Shown here piece by piece: positions 11,401-20,944 of a DNA stretch of 45,780 bases (its first letter is position 1; every line of letters begins with the position of its first letter). The notes below the pieces were generated by a model. The model was not told the DNA's origin and did no database searches. It was given only the letters and a program-made list of their open reading frames with translations. The position numbers and the translations under genes are program-made. This stretch comes from Armatimonadota bacterium (lineage in GTDB: Bacteria > Armatimonadota > Zipacnadia > Zipacnadales > UBA5352), in assembly GCA_034722055.1 (NCBI GenBank), contig JAYENL010000149.1, positions 8,427 through 54,206 on the forward strand. Direction: 5' to 3'.

Positions 11401-13139
11401 TCGGCTCCCAGCTTGCGCAGGCGGGATTGCAGCCGGTAGAGGTAGGCGTAGCCGGTGAAGAAGATCCGCTCGACGCCGTCGTCGGCGTCCCAGGAGGGGC
11501 GGCACCAGAACTCGAGGGTGCCCCGCTGCAGGCCCCAGTGAACGGCCTGCAGCCCATGGTCGCCCGCCCCGGTGGTCATGGTGGCCTCCGAGCCGCCGTT
11601 GAACCCCAGTCGGCGCTGACCCGTGAACTCGAAGCCGCGGTTGACGGGCGCGCTGGGGATGGCGCCCTCCACGAAGCAGGAGTTGGTCGCCGCCGGCCAC
11701 GGCCACCGCTCGCCCGGCCGCACCACCACCCGGTCCAGCCATGCCGTGAAGGCCGAGTCCGGGCCCTCGATCCGCTCGTTGCTGTCGGCATCGACGGCGT
11801 AGCAGCGCATGCGGATGAGCACCTTGACGGTCGCTGCCTGGTGGCTGAACCGTCCGCGCTGGCGGAACTGCACGAGCTGGCCCTCCGCCAGCTCCAGCGT
11901 CAGCCACCGCGGCTGGACGGCGCACTCAGGGATGCGCGTGCCGTCACTGCGGAACTGCTCAAGCTCGATGCACACCGGCAGACCATAGGCGGCCCGCTCG
12001 GCCAGCAGATCGCACTCGAAGAGCATCTCCTGACCTGCGAAGTCCCGCACGTCCACCTCCTGGAAGATGCTGACTGTGTGGTCGCTGGTCTCCTGCTGTT
12101 GCTCGGATGTCGCATATGTGCCTCGGACCACCGCAATCCAGTCCACGCACACGCCCGGCTCCGCCCCCACCAGCGCGATGGGCACCGCCGCGGCCTCGTC
12201 CACGGTGAAGTTGACCGCGATCTGCGTCCACTGCTCGGTGCGCGGCGTCCACCGGCGCTGGCGTTGGCCGCCAACGACAACGGAGAGTGCGTCCTGGTCA
12301 CCGGATGGCCCCCAGGCCCGCACCAGCAGCGTGTACTGTCCGGCCTCCAGGTCAACCTCGCCGGCGGCTCCCGTCGTCTCTCCGCCCAGCGCCATGGCCC
12401 GGCCGCCGCTGGCCTCCGGCAGTTGCACCGCATTCAGGCCCGTCGGTTGACCGTACTGCTCGATCTCGGCCTTCATGATGCGGTCGGCCTCAGCCACCTG
12501 CGAGAGAACGTCCGGCTCGGTGACCACGATGGTGTCCTCGAGCGCATACTCTCCAACGGTGATCCTGAGCGACTGCCGTCCGGTGCTGTGCTCGAACGTC
12601 CCCAGCGAGGCCACCTGGCTCGGCTCGACCGTCCACCCAGCGGGCTGACCGCCGGCCTCCTCCTCGAAGCCGGGGTTGCTCAGCAGGTTGGCGGGAGGCA
12701 GGCGGTCGGCGGTGTACTGCTGCCCCGGTATGCCTCGGTCCCTGGTCTCGAAGTAGATGTCGAACCGGCCCACGTCGCCCTCGCGCGGAGTGGCCATCCA
12801 CGCCAGATAGCTGCGCGGCCGCCTCGTTTCGGGATCCAGCTCCGTGCGGCGGACGAACGGCACCTGTGTGGCATCTCCTGGGCCGCCCGCCCTGCGCCGC
12901 TCCACCACGCGCACCGACGCCGGGTCGAACTCCCCGTCAACTCCCGCCCGCTGCAGCAGCAGCGGGAAGTCCACCGCCACCTCCACCGGTCGTACCGCGT
13001 CGTCGCGGTAGGGGCCGGGCCGGGTGACCGTCGTCCGGAACCGCCACCGCGGGTTCCACCAGTCCCCGTTCCCCACGGCCAGCACCGCGCAGCAGCTTGT
13101 CAGCGCCCAGAGCGTCGTCAGGACCAGCTTGCCATTCAT
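8493..13139 (-). CDS. Large secreted multidomain protein: CBM-like, LamG jellyroll and transglutaminase-like domains
   Basis: Signal peptide; WWNPRWRFR N-terminal motif; NLLSNPGFEE; LamG GTLEFWCRPSW...WHHIAATWD...LFVDG...LDEFRISD; QCG...HHQFEQAYYDGDWRLYD. Confidence 0.7.
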   Translation of the reverse strand: MNGKLVLTTLWALTSCCAVLAVGNGDWWNPRWRFRTTVTRPGPYRDDAVRPVEVAVDFPLLLQRAGVDGEFDPASVRVVERRRAGGPGDATQVPFVRRTELDPETRRPRSYLAWMATPREGDVGRFDIYFETRDRGIPGQQYTADRLPPANLLSNPGFEEEAGGQPAGWTVEPSQVASLGTFEHSTGRQSLRITVGEYALEDTIVVTEPDVLSQVAEADRIMKAEIEQYGQPTGLNAVQLPEASGGRAMALGGETTGAAGEVDLEAGQYTLLVRAWGPSGDQDALSVVVGGQRQRRWTPRTEQWTQIAVNFTVDEAAAVPIALVGAEPGVCVDWIAVVRGTYATSEQQQETSDHTVSIFQEVDVRDFAGQEMLFECDLLAERAAYGLPVCIELEQFRSDGTRIPECAVQPRWLTLELAEGQLVQFRQRGRFSHQAATVKVLIRMRCYAVDADSNERIEGPDSAFTAWLDRVVVRPGERWPWPAATNSCFVEGAIPSAPVNRGFEFTGQRRLGFNGGSEATMTTGAGDHGLQAVHWGLQRGTLEFWCRPSWDADDGVERIFFTGYAYLYRLQSRLRKLGADGDNQLEFAISDSNRDLHTVRGPAPLQAGRWHHIAATWDHTTAHLQLFVDGTRVGVEGPDDEPWPSTLEADGPEDFAGQGIHKTDRRTIPMQAFIGGRMAAKVWPPGDAVEAVLDEFRISDVVRYTDDFTPQSREFAVDDNTRALWHFENERHGVHGGDDRFVRSYAGCELHPQRETVPFEVLSDGELQRRTVAVKPHAPDRLFEQNRGDRNLVDRWSRDTEVPDPRFVEYRRREVETTVSGEHDALTIDVDGDYEPLMRWVTFERADGAGEQTTLLPRWRANDNVVPFSVDSLAETLGGDAKTDAEKAFAAMQYVLDTTAYYDAHYCETLPSGRHRSRVSYVFLKALNVYPYDQCGPLNFTLRKLFLALGISSNDSPGTHHQFEQAYYDGDWRLYDLSSRVYWLERDNESVIGLREVGEDPFCKLRQPGNLNSYFPGRGGGPRFGVAQRPHNIHFPLRAGEEASICWQNEGRWFELTGDREPIPLAKIPPYFANGAIVYRPLDGGEATQLTNMSPTAGDDAAALQAQAADKAAGLVYRAECPYIFSDARVTGTYQAREPGTIILSLSFDGGQTWTEAWRNPDASGELAVGLREHVMARYAWWLKLAFAPGSEAEVTGLTVRSTFVVSPLSLPGALSLGANRITFVGGPVSVPVKTRCCWVERYDTDLGVSLNAISYYNLDHESHRNLYVVSPGDQLPVEVALHGRETEAEVGLEGLPDGWDCQPQEQRLRSTGPRAGARAAFTVVGAQAGEGQVHCFEVVVRDGDAERRIPVQVLVARAPLVREAEQADSIAGEASVVEVPELSGARGVRFDGDGELIFDFTAPAADSYVIWLRGRWDRGSRSAVTVQVDGGDAREVRTSHMIGFGDWTDPRHAYTKGFVHYPDEDEQWAWYRIAGPELGAGGHRLSLAADAGTWFDAVAVLPQTPAVDRAATNLFANWNFAPWDNPNRSRPGAGEGGAARHMMRSRE

Positions 13140-13584
13140 GGCGCACCTCGCAGGACCGTCTCGGCCATTGCCCCCTTCTTTTCATCCGGGGTCCGCGCTA
13201 TCCCTCTTTGCCGGGCGTGGGCCAAGCCAGAGTGGGGATCGTGACCGCATCGCGTCCTATCCCCACATGCACTTGGCGCGCGTGAGTGCCACCTGCACTA
13301 CGTGCCTCCCCAGCGGCTCTCCCCCTCAGGACGTCATCCTCCCAGTCGCAGTTACACACGGGTAATCCGTGGGATTCCCCCGCACCGTCCTCCGAAGTGA
13401 CTTTTTAAAGTGGTCACCCTTCATTTCTTCACTCTATCGAGCCCTCACAGGCTGAACATCCTCAATGCAGCTGGCGCCAAGAAGGGCGCAAGAGGCAGGC
13501 CGGAGTCGGTGCTGAAGCCCAACGTCAGCCACTCGCCTGCCCAGTTGGCCAGCAGGATGCGCTCTCCGCCCTCATCAGGCACCG

Positions 13585-16500
13585 TCACCCGAGGGCCGTC
13601 ACGACCAGGGGCACGTGGAAGGCCGCGCCGGGACTCACGTCCATGATGATGAAGCGATCGCCGGGCTCGAACTCGGCGGCAGCGCCGGGCTCTCGGAGGC
13701 GGATCGTGACATCGCCCACGCCGTAGTAGCCGGTCCGAGCGGTCTCGATCGCGAACCAGCGTTCCAGGTCCTCGGTGTAGAGCGGCTTGCCGTCGTAGAG
13801 GTAATGGCAGTTGAACAGCTTCTCCAGATGATCCCTCGTGAACAGCCAGCCCTCCTCGGCGTTCACCCGGTCTACTGTGCCCACAGCCGTCGCGAAGCCC
13901 GGGTCCGCGAGCTCGATGACGTACTCGCCGCCATCGTCGAGTTGGGTGACCGACTCGATCGTGAACACTGCGTTCTTGGGCCACGCGGGGTCGCTGAACA
14001 TGATCGGCCGGCCGGCGAGCGCGTCGCCCTCGGGCAGCGGCGCGCCAGCCCTAACCTGCACGGAGACGGCATCAAAGTCCACGTCCTCGACCGTCCCCTG
14101 GAGCAGCGCCTCCCGGCCCGGCTCCACCTCCACTGTCTCGATGTTCCCGCCATCGAGCGTGCGCAGCGCATGGAAGCGCCCATGGAGGCGCCACTGCTGC
14201 CGGCCGTCGGTGAAGGCATAGACCGGCTCGCGATCCAGGGACGAGAATACCACGAAGCTGCCCTCGGGCGTCGCCACCCTGACCGCGGCCGGCATCCCCC
14301 GCGTCGGCGAGCCCTCGGCGAGGGTCAGCCACTTCACGGACTGGATGCGCGGCTCGGCCTGGAAGGGCTCGAAGACCGCGCAGAAGGCGCTCTCGTGGGA
14401 GCCCGTCGCCTCAGTGTCGTCACGCGCGACGACGTAGGTGTCCCACGGGCTGCGAATTGGCGCGCCATGTCCCTCGCCGCTGCCGCGGAACAGCACGCGG
14501 CCGGGGCGGCCGGCCATCCACAGGGCCAGGCCCCCGTCGGCGTCACCACCGGCGTGCCACCGGCAGGACCAGTCGCCCTCGGCGGTCGTGCGGCGCAGAG
14601 CCTTGATGTAGCTGTAGCCGCTCTTGCGGCCCGGCTGATCGTCCACGCTGTCACTGTAGTGCCGCCCGGTGTCGGCCATCCACTCCACGTCCCGGCCCGC
14701 GAGCGTCCCCGGAACCGGCTCCATCGGCGGGTTGTCGCCCAGTGCCAACTGGAACCCCTCGCCGGGCTCGGGCGGGTCCGGAGAGCCCGGCTCGAACTCC
14801 TCGCCGGAGTACATGTGGTAGATCCAGTCCCGGCGCTCGCCGCCGCGCACGCGGAAGACGTCCACGATGTAGTGCGCGTCCTCGGCCATCGACACGATCG
14901 CCGCAGTGCGGTGATACAGGTCCGCCAGGTCGTAGGCATCGTTCGAGGCAGCCGCCGTGAGCTGCAGCCAGCCCGCGTCCGCGTAGAGGTCCAGCGTGCC
15001 AGTGCAGCCGGTCCGCTGCTCCATCTCGTTGACCATCACGCAGTTGTGCGTGACCGTGCTCGCGTACCACTCCCCGCGCTTGGGCGACTGCAGGTTGTGC
15101 GGGTAGCCCAGGTCGGCGGAGAAGTCGTAGCCGAAGCGGATCGGCTTGATCATGAGCTGGTTGCTGTGGCCGTGCCCGGCGCCGGACTGGGCGAAGTAGA
15201 AGCACAGGTGGAGCTGCTGCTCTGGCGGACCGATCGAGCGCATGATGCTGTAGCCGATGTCTCCGAACAGGACCGAGGGCTGTGGCTGATCGTGGGGGCT
15301 CAGGCGCGGCGTGCGGGCGTTGCCACCGTCTCCCCACAGCGGCAGCCGCCCGGCGCAGTCCGCCCTGTCGCGGAAGGTGCGGATGCGGGCCAGACGTGGG
15401 CCCAGCGCCTCCTCCGCGCTGACGCCCTCGGGATAGATCCCGCGCCCGCGGAAGCTCTCGATGAACTCGGCGAACCGCAGGTAGGACGCGTTGACGCCCA
15501 CCGAGTAGCCCGTGCTGTCCTCGTAGAACCGGCCGTCGCGGTAGATGCAGTTGGTGATGAGGTTCGCGATGCCGTAGCGGCCGTTCAGCGACTCCTCGAA
15601 GAGCCTGTCGTGACGGAAGTTGAGGGCGATCTCCATCATCGACCGCACCTGTGTGGTGCGCGTGTTGCCCCGCCCGAGCGGGATCGCGCGGTGAAGGTAC
15701 TCGTACATGTAGCCGAACAGGTCGCGCTCGATGTGGTAGCGGACGTCCTCGGCGTCCACCCGGCCGTCGCCGTTGACGTCCGGGTCGTCGCGCGTCTGCA
15801 CAAACCACTCGAGGATCTCCTCATCGTCGTCCAGCGCCTCGAAGCACATGTCGTAGGCCTCCAGGCAACTGTGGATGTTGCTTGGCTCGAAGTTGTGGTC
15901 CTCGATGTAGGCGCGCGCCGGGTAGTTGCGCCAGCGGTGGAGGCTGGTGTAGTTGCGGTAGACGTCGGCGAGGCGGGTGAGGATGACGAAGGCCTTGTGG
16001 GCGTACTCGGGCTCCCCGGAGATGGCGTGCATGTAGGCGAGGCACCACAGGCCGGCACTGCCGCCGTCGAACTCGGCCCATGGGCGGTAGGGTCCGGAGG
16101 TGAGGGTGCGGATCAGCGACAGACGGTAGGCCGCGACGAACCAGTAGGTGCCGGGGTTGGGGAAGCCCTCCGGGCACTGCCAGCCGTAGCCATCGTCCTC
16201 GATCGTCACCAACTCGCCGGTGCCCGGGTTCTCGACCTGCATCCCCGGGCCCCACTCCTCGCCCCCGACCGTGCAGCGGAAGTGGTTGGGCCGCCCCCAG
16301 ATCGGCTGCAGCGTGCTGATCCCGCCCAGGTGCAGCGGGCACCCCAGGGCGTAGCTGGGCACCAGCATGTGCGGATTCCCGGCGGGGAGCATCTCGCGCA
16401 GAAAGTCGTCGCTCTTCGCGCGCCAGTAGTCAGCCGTCTCGCGGTAGGCCCGCTGGTAGCTCTCGGGGTCAGCGGCGAACCGCGCACGCTCCGCCTCGAT

Positions 16501-16677
16501 CTCCGGGCGCTTGCGCGCGCCCTCGAAGGCGGCCCGCTTGCGCAGGGACATGAAGCGCTCCAGCGAGGCCCGCACCTCCTCCTCGGGCGGGTAGAACGTG
16601 TCCGGCTCCTTGTCGTACTGCGCCCACGCCCACGCGCCCGCCGACAGCAGCACTGCACACGTCATGACCTCGCGCAC
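13585..16677 (-). CDS. Heparinase II/III-like polysaccharide lyase
   Basis: Signal peptide; DGRFYEDSTGY, LPLWGDG, GHGHSNQL, ADLGYP, STVTHNCVMVNE, YIVDVFRVRGG motifs. GTG start with SD GGAGAG. Confidence 0.8.
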   Translation of the reverse strand: MREVMTCAVLLSAGAWAWAQYDKEPDTFYPPEEEVRASLERFMSLRKRAAFEGARKRPEIEAERARFAADPESYQRAYRETADYWRAKSDDFLREMLPAGNPHMLVPSYALGCPLHLGGISTLQPIWGRPNHFRCTVGGEEWGPGMQVENPGTGELVTIEDDGYGWQCPEGFPNPGTYWFVAAYRLSLIRTLTSGPYRPWAEFDGGSAGLWCLAYMHAISGEPEYAHKAFVILTRLADVYRNYTSLHRWRNYPARAYIEDHNFEPSNIHSCLEAYDMCFEALDDDEEILEWFVQTRDDPDVNGDGRVDAEDVRYHIERDLFGYMYEYLHRAIPLGRGNTRTTQVRSMMEIALNFRHDRLFEESLNGRYGIANLITNCIYRDGRFYEDSTGYSVGVNASYLRFAEFIESFRGRGIYPEGVSAEEALGPRLARIRTFRDRADCAGRLPLWGDGGNARTPRLSPHDQPQPSVLFGDIGYSIMRSIGPPEQQLHLCFYFAQSGAGHGHSNQLMIKPIRFGYDFSADLGYPHNLQSPKRGEWYASTVTHNCVMVNEMEQRTGCTGTLDLYADAGWLQLTAAASNDAYDLADLYHRTAAIVSMAEDAHYIVDVFRVRGGERRDWIYHMYSGEEFEPGSPDPPEPGEGFQLALGDNPPMEPVPGTLAGRDVEWMADTGRHYSDSVDDQPGRKSGYSYIKALRRTTAEGDWSCRWHAGGDADGGLALWMAGRPGRVLFRGSGEGHGAPIRSPWDTYVVARDDTEATGSHESAFCAVFEPFQAEPRIQSVKWLTLAEGSPTRGMPAAVRVATPEGSFVVFSSLDREPVYAFTDGRQQWRLHGRFHALRTLDGGNIETVEVEPGREALLQGTVEDVDFDAVSVQVRAGAPLPEGDALAGRPIMFSDPAWPKNAVFTIESVTQLDDGGEYVIELADPGFATAVGTVDRVNAEEGWLFTRDHLEKLFNCHYLYDGKPLYTEDLERWFAIETARTGYYGVGDVTIRLREPGAAAEFEPGDRFIIMDVSPGAAFHVPLVVTALG

Positions 16678-17093
16678 GGTCTCTCACTCTCCGGGTTCCC
16701 TCTTTCGCCTCGCATGCAGCTACTGGCGCTGGTCGGCCGCCTCCAGTAGCTCGGATGCCTCACATCATATCACAACACCTGGCCTCGCCCACGCAGACAG
16801 GCCACCAGACCGCCGCACTCAGCTCATTGCTCGGAGCGTTCACGCGCCGGGTCGCACAGACTGGCTGCTCGGAACGGAGTCGCTGAAGGCCACGACAGCC
16901 CGGTCTGCTCCGACTGACCTGTCCCGGATGGTGTTGTCGGCTGTGATGTGATGATCGGGGGTGCGGACACTGCTGGCACCGGTGCAATAGAGGGCCTCGG
17001 GCAGGGGCCTGTCGCCACGAGTGCCCGTCTCCCGCAGGTCGTGCCCGGTGTCCGGGCGAACTGCTGTCCATCCCACGACCGGGAGGGCCGCCG

Positions 17094-20000
17094 ATGACCC
17101 GCGCGATACGTGCAGCCGCCATTGCTCTGATCTTCGGATGCATCCCGGCGCTGTGCCTCGCCCAGACGCCGATTCTCACCGTTCCGTTCGATGGCAGCGA
17201 CGCTGCCATGCTGTCACTCAATGGCGCCGAGGAGATCGTCGGCTTTGCCACCATGGGCGGACCCTACGTGATGGGTCTCAAAGGCCGGGCGCGCGAGCTT
17301 GGCGGCATGAACCGCCTGCGCTTCTTCCTCAATGAGGGCCTCGTGCCGCCTGAGGGCACCCTCAGCCTCTGGGCACGGCCGCTGGACTGGACGCCCGCCG
17401 ACGCCCGGCACTTCGTGTTCTTCGCGCGCCTCGACTTCACCGAAAACGAGCAGGGCTACGTGCGGATGATCCTCTACAAGTACTGGAACACCGACGAGAT
17501 CGCTATGCTGGTGCAGAACACTCCCCTGACCGAGAGGTCGGCGCTGATCCGCGTGCCCGCGCCGGACTGGGAGGAGGGCTACTGGCATCATCTCGCCATC
17601 ACATGGGACGCCGAGCGCTACCGCCTCTACATCGATGGTCAGCAGGCCGGCGAGGCGCCTGCCATCATGCTGCCCGCCGAGGGCCGCTGGGAGCTGTCGG
17701 TGGGCACGCCCTGCGAAGGCTGGAAGTACATCGGCGATGAGAAGAACGCGATCGACGAGTTCGCGATCTACGCGGAGGCGCTCAGCGCAGAGACCATCCA
17801 CTCACAGTATGAGCAGATGCTCGCCGCAGCGCGGCCTGAGGCCCTCACGCCCCCCGAGCAGGCGGGACCGCCTCCGGTCGAGGGGAACCTCGCCCTGGCG
17901 GACGATGGGGCCTGGGTGATCGCGTCGTCCTTCGCGGATTATGAGGAGCACTACTCCGACAATCTGATCGACGGCCGTGAGGAGAGCGTCTGGGCGCCGT
18001 TGACGCCGACGCTGCCGCAGTGGCTGGAGATGCGCTGGCGCCTGCCGCGGCGCGTGGACGGCGTGGTGCTTCGACAGTCCGAGCCAGCGCATGTCGCCGC
18101 GCTGACCGTCGATGCGTGGCTGGATGGGGACTGGGAGCAGGTCGGGAGTCTTGCCGACGTGCCCGCTGAAGCGTCGGAGTTGCGCGCCCAGTTCGACGCG
18201 ATCACGACCGACCGCGTCCGGGTGACCCTCAATGAGGGCGAGCCGGAGGGCCTCGAGCTGAGCACGCTGGCGGTGATCGGGCCGGAGCAGCCGATCCTGC
18301 CGCCGACGCCCGTGACACCTGACGAACCCGAGCGAGTGACGGTCCTCGACGCGTCTGTCGCTCCTGAAGGCGTGGAGCCGGGCGAGATGGTGCGCGTGGA
18401 GGCGACGGTGACCTCTGACGGCGCCCTGGCAGAGGACTACATCTTCGCCTTCGAGATCGCTGAGACCCCGCAGGAGGCCGGCTGGAGCGACCTTTTCGTG
18501 GCGGGTATGGCAGTCGCGGCGGATACGCCGACCTCCCAGTGGCAGGCCGGTCAGGAGCACGTTTTGTCGGCGGAGGTCCGCCTGCCGGAGTGGGCGCCGG
18601 ATGGGCCGGTGCCGGTGCGGCTGGTGGGGATGAGGGCGCAGGGCACGACGCTGCAGGCGGTCGATGGTGACGGGCAGCCACTCGAGGCCGTCGCCACCGT
18701 GGAGATCGAGCGCTTCGATGGCCGGGTCGTAGCGGGAGTGGCCGGGGCTCGCCTCAATGTCACGGGCGGCGTTGCGCGGTGGGTGCTTGGTGAGGAGTCC
18801 GTGCCGCCGATAGGCTGGGCGATGACGACGCCGTCGTGGGACCGCTACCATCATTACTCCTCCACCGGCGTGCGCGTCTACCACGCGAAGACGCTGCCGC
18901 TGAGCTTCGACGACGCCCCAGGGCACTTCGAGCGCGTCTGCTCGCAGCTTGACGAGCGGATGCGCCACGCTCTGCGCGTTGATCCCGGCGCGCTGTTCAT
19001 CGTCAACCCCGACCTGCGCCCCGAGCAGGCGTGGCTGGCCCGCAACCCCGGCGAGCGCCTCGTGACCGCTCAGGGCAACCTCGGGCCGATCAGCTTCTCC
19101 TCCGCGAAATACACTGAGGCCGTCCACCAGTTTCTGCGCCGGCTGATCCGGTATGTGCACGCGCAGGACTACGCCGACCACGTCATCGGCTGGCTGCCCT
19201 ATGTGTGCGGATCGCCGGATTCGGTCATGGGCGGAACCGAGGACAACCTCTTTCAGGAGGACCGCACGCGGTTGACCTTCGGTGACCACAACCCGCAGGC
19301 GATCGCCGCCTTCCAGGCGTGGCTGCGTGACAAGTACGAATCCCTGGAGGACCTGCGCGCAGCCTGGCAGGACCCGGACCTGACCTTCGAGACAGCGCGG
19401 CCCGTGATGGCAGAGATCACCGCGGAGGGCGTTGACGGCGGCGTCTTTCGCGATCCGTCGGGCAACCAGATGACCTTCGATTACGCGGAGTGGATGTCCG
19501 GGGTGGTCGGGCGTTTCAACTCCGATCTCATGGGCATCGTGAAGGAAGAGGCCGGCCGCGAGGTGCTGGCGGGGACGTACTACGGGTACAACGTGGCGCA
19601 CCTCCGCGGCTACAACACGCCCGGATCGTGGCTGCAGAACAACAACTTCGACTTCCACGAGCGCCTCCAGGACCCGAACTGGGACTTCTTCGCTGAGCCC
19701 ACGCCCTACTCCAGCCGCCGTCCGGGGACGTCGTACTACACGTCGCACACCAGCGGCTCCCTGCGTCTGCACGGAAAGCTACACATGGCGGAGATAGACC
19801 ACCGGACCTTCATGGCCGGGCAGAAGCGCTACGGCCGCATGCGCTCCGAGCGCGAAACCCAGGCCGTCATGCGGCGGGATATGTCGGCGCTGATCATCGC
19901 CGGACAGGGCTACTGGTTCAGCGACTGGAGCCGGGATGAGAGGCGGGACCTCGTTCCGTGGTTTGCTCAGCCGGGGATCCTCGGGGCGATCGAGGAGGCA

Positions 20001-20921
20001 CGGGAGACGCACCAGTCCACCATGAGTCGCGAACGTGAGAGCGCTGCACAGATCGCGGTCATCACCTCCGGTCGCACGATGCGCTATCACGATGTCTACC
20101 GCACGTCGCCGCTGTATCACAACCTCATCCCGCTGACCCTGTGGGATGCGATGGGGAAGATCGGCGCACCGTATGACATCTTTACCATCGAGGACCTCGC
20201 CGCGCCTGAGGTCCACGATGGCTACCGGCTCTACGTCTTCCTCAACGCGTTCTTCCTGCGCTCGGAGGACCGCGAGCGGATCGATGCGCTCAAGTCCGAC
20301 GGGCGCACGCTGCTGTTCTTCTATGCGCCGGGCTATGCGACCAGGGAGCGGGGGTTGAGTCTGGATGTGATGGCGGATGTCACCGGCATCAACGTGGTCG
20401 AGCGAGCGAACCCGGAGTGGATGGAGTATCACCTGACCAACTACGGGAGCAGTCTGCTGGGGACCGCCGAAGCTGACTCCACCGTTCGGATCGAGGCCTT
20501 CGGCTACGAGCTATCCCGCAAGCTGCATCCCCCGGAGTTCGGGCCGGTCTTCGCCATCGACGACCCGAACACGGCCGTGTTGGGGACCTATCCCGACGGT
20601 CAGCCGGCTTTGGCCGTACGCGACTACTCGCACTGGCGGAGCGTCTACTGCGCGGTGCCGCGCATGACCAGCGCAATCCTGCGCGGAGTGGCTCGCCTCG
20701 CGGACGTCCACCTCTACTGCGAGGAGGACGTCGTGCTGGACGCGGACGACCGGCTGCTGATGCTCCACAGCGGCTGGGACGGCGATCGCGACCTTGAGGT
20801 TGCACTGCCTCGGCCGATGACGGTGACCGACGCATGGACGGGCGCGACCCTGTGCACGGATGCCGAAGGCCTTACAGTCACGCTCCCCGAATCAACCACA
20901 CGTCTGCTGCATCTCAAGTGA
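17094..20921 (+). CDS. Secreted LamG + discoidin (F5/8) + GH42-like glycoside hydrolase
   Basis: Signal peptide; EGTLSLWARP...WHHLAITWD...LYIDG; NLAL...ASS...NLIDG..W..PQWLE; catalytic region resembling 3241-6036 (ALRVDP, AIAAFQAWLRDKY.SLEDLRAAW). Confidence 0.75.
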   Translation: MTRAIRAAAIALIFGCIPALCLAQTPILTVPFDGSDAAMLSLNGAEEIVGFATMGGPYVMGLKGRARELGGMNRLRFFLNEGLVPPEGTLSLWARPLDWTPADARHFVFFARLDFTENEQGYVRMILYKYWNTDEIAMLVQNTPLTERSALIRVPAPDWEEGYWHHLAITWDAERYRLYIDGQQAGEAPAIMLPAEGRWELSVGTPCEGWKYIGDEKNAIDEFAIYAEALSAETIHSQYEQMLAAARPEALTPPEQAGPPPVEGNLALADDGAWVIASSFADYEEHYSDNLIDGREESVWAPLTPTLPQWLEMRWRLPRRVDGVVLRQSEPAHVAALTVDAWLDGDWEQVGSLADVPAEASELRAQFDAITTDRVRVTLNEGEPEGLELSTLAVIGPEQPILPPTPVTPDEPERVTVLDASVAPEGVEPGEMVRVEATVTSDGALAEDYIFAFEIAETPQEAGWSDLFVAGMAVAADTPTSQWQAGQEHVLSAEVRLPEWAPDGPVPVRLVGMRAQGTTLQAVDGDGQPLEAVATVEIERFDGRVVAGVAGARLNVTGGVARWVLGEESVPPIGWAMTTPSWDRYHHYSSTGVRVYHAKTLPLSFDDAPGHFERVCSQLDERMRHALRVDPGALFIVNPDLRPEQAWLARNPGERLVTAQGNLGPISFSSAKYTEAVHQFLRRLIRYVHAQDYADHVIGWLPYVCGSPDSVMGGTEDNLFQEDRTRLTFGDHNPQAIAAFQAWLRDKYESLEDLRAAWQDPDLTFETARPVMAEITAEGVDGGVFRDPSGNQMTFDYAEWMSGVVGRFNSDLMGIVKEEAGREVLAGTYYGYNVAHLRGYNTPGSWLQNNNFDFHERLQDPNWDFFAEPTPYSSRRPGTSYYTSHTSGSLRLHGKLHMAEIDHRTFMAGQKRYGRMRSERETQAVMRRDMSALIIAGQGYWFSDWSRDERRDLVPWFAQPGILGAIEEARETHQSTMSRERESAAQIAVITSGRTMRYHDVYRTSPLYHNLIPLTLWDAMGKIGAPYDIFTIEDLAAPEVHDGYRLYVFLNAFFLRSEDRERIDALKSDGRTLLFFYAPGYATRERGLSLDVMADVTGINVVERANPEWMEYHLTNYGSSLLGTAEADSTVRIEAFGYELSRKLHPPEFGPVFAIDDPNTAVLGTYPDGQPALAVRDYSHWRSVYCAVPRMTSAILRGVARLADVHLYCEEDVVLDADDRLLMLHSGWDGDRDLEVALPRPMTVTDAWTGATLCTDAEGLTVTLPESTTRLLHLK

Positions 20922-20935
20922 GAGCACACTACGGC

Positions 20936-20944
20936 TGCTACAAT
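20936..20944 (+). promoter_or_regulatory. Candidate extended -10 promoter (TGcTACAAT)
   Basis: TG-n-TACAAT in intergenic DNA upstream of a GGAGG-ATG at 21000. Confidence 0.35.

Noticed and set aside
10038..13244. 1068-aa plus-strand ORF
   Set aside because: Antisense shadow of the LamG gene. High-GC codon bias suppresses stops on the opposite strand, and it has no recognisable motifs.
13615..16749. 1044-aa plus-strand ORF
   Set aside because: Antisense shadow of the heparinase-like gene.
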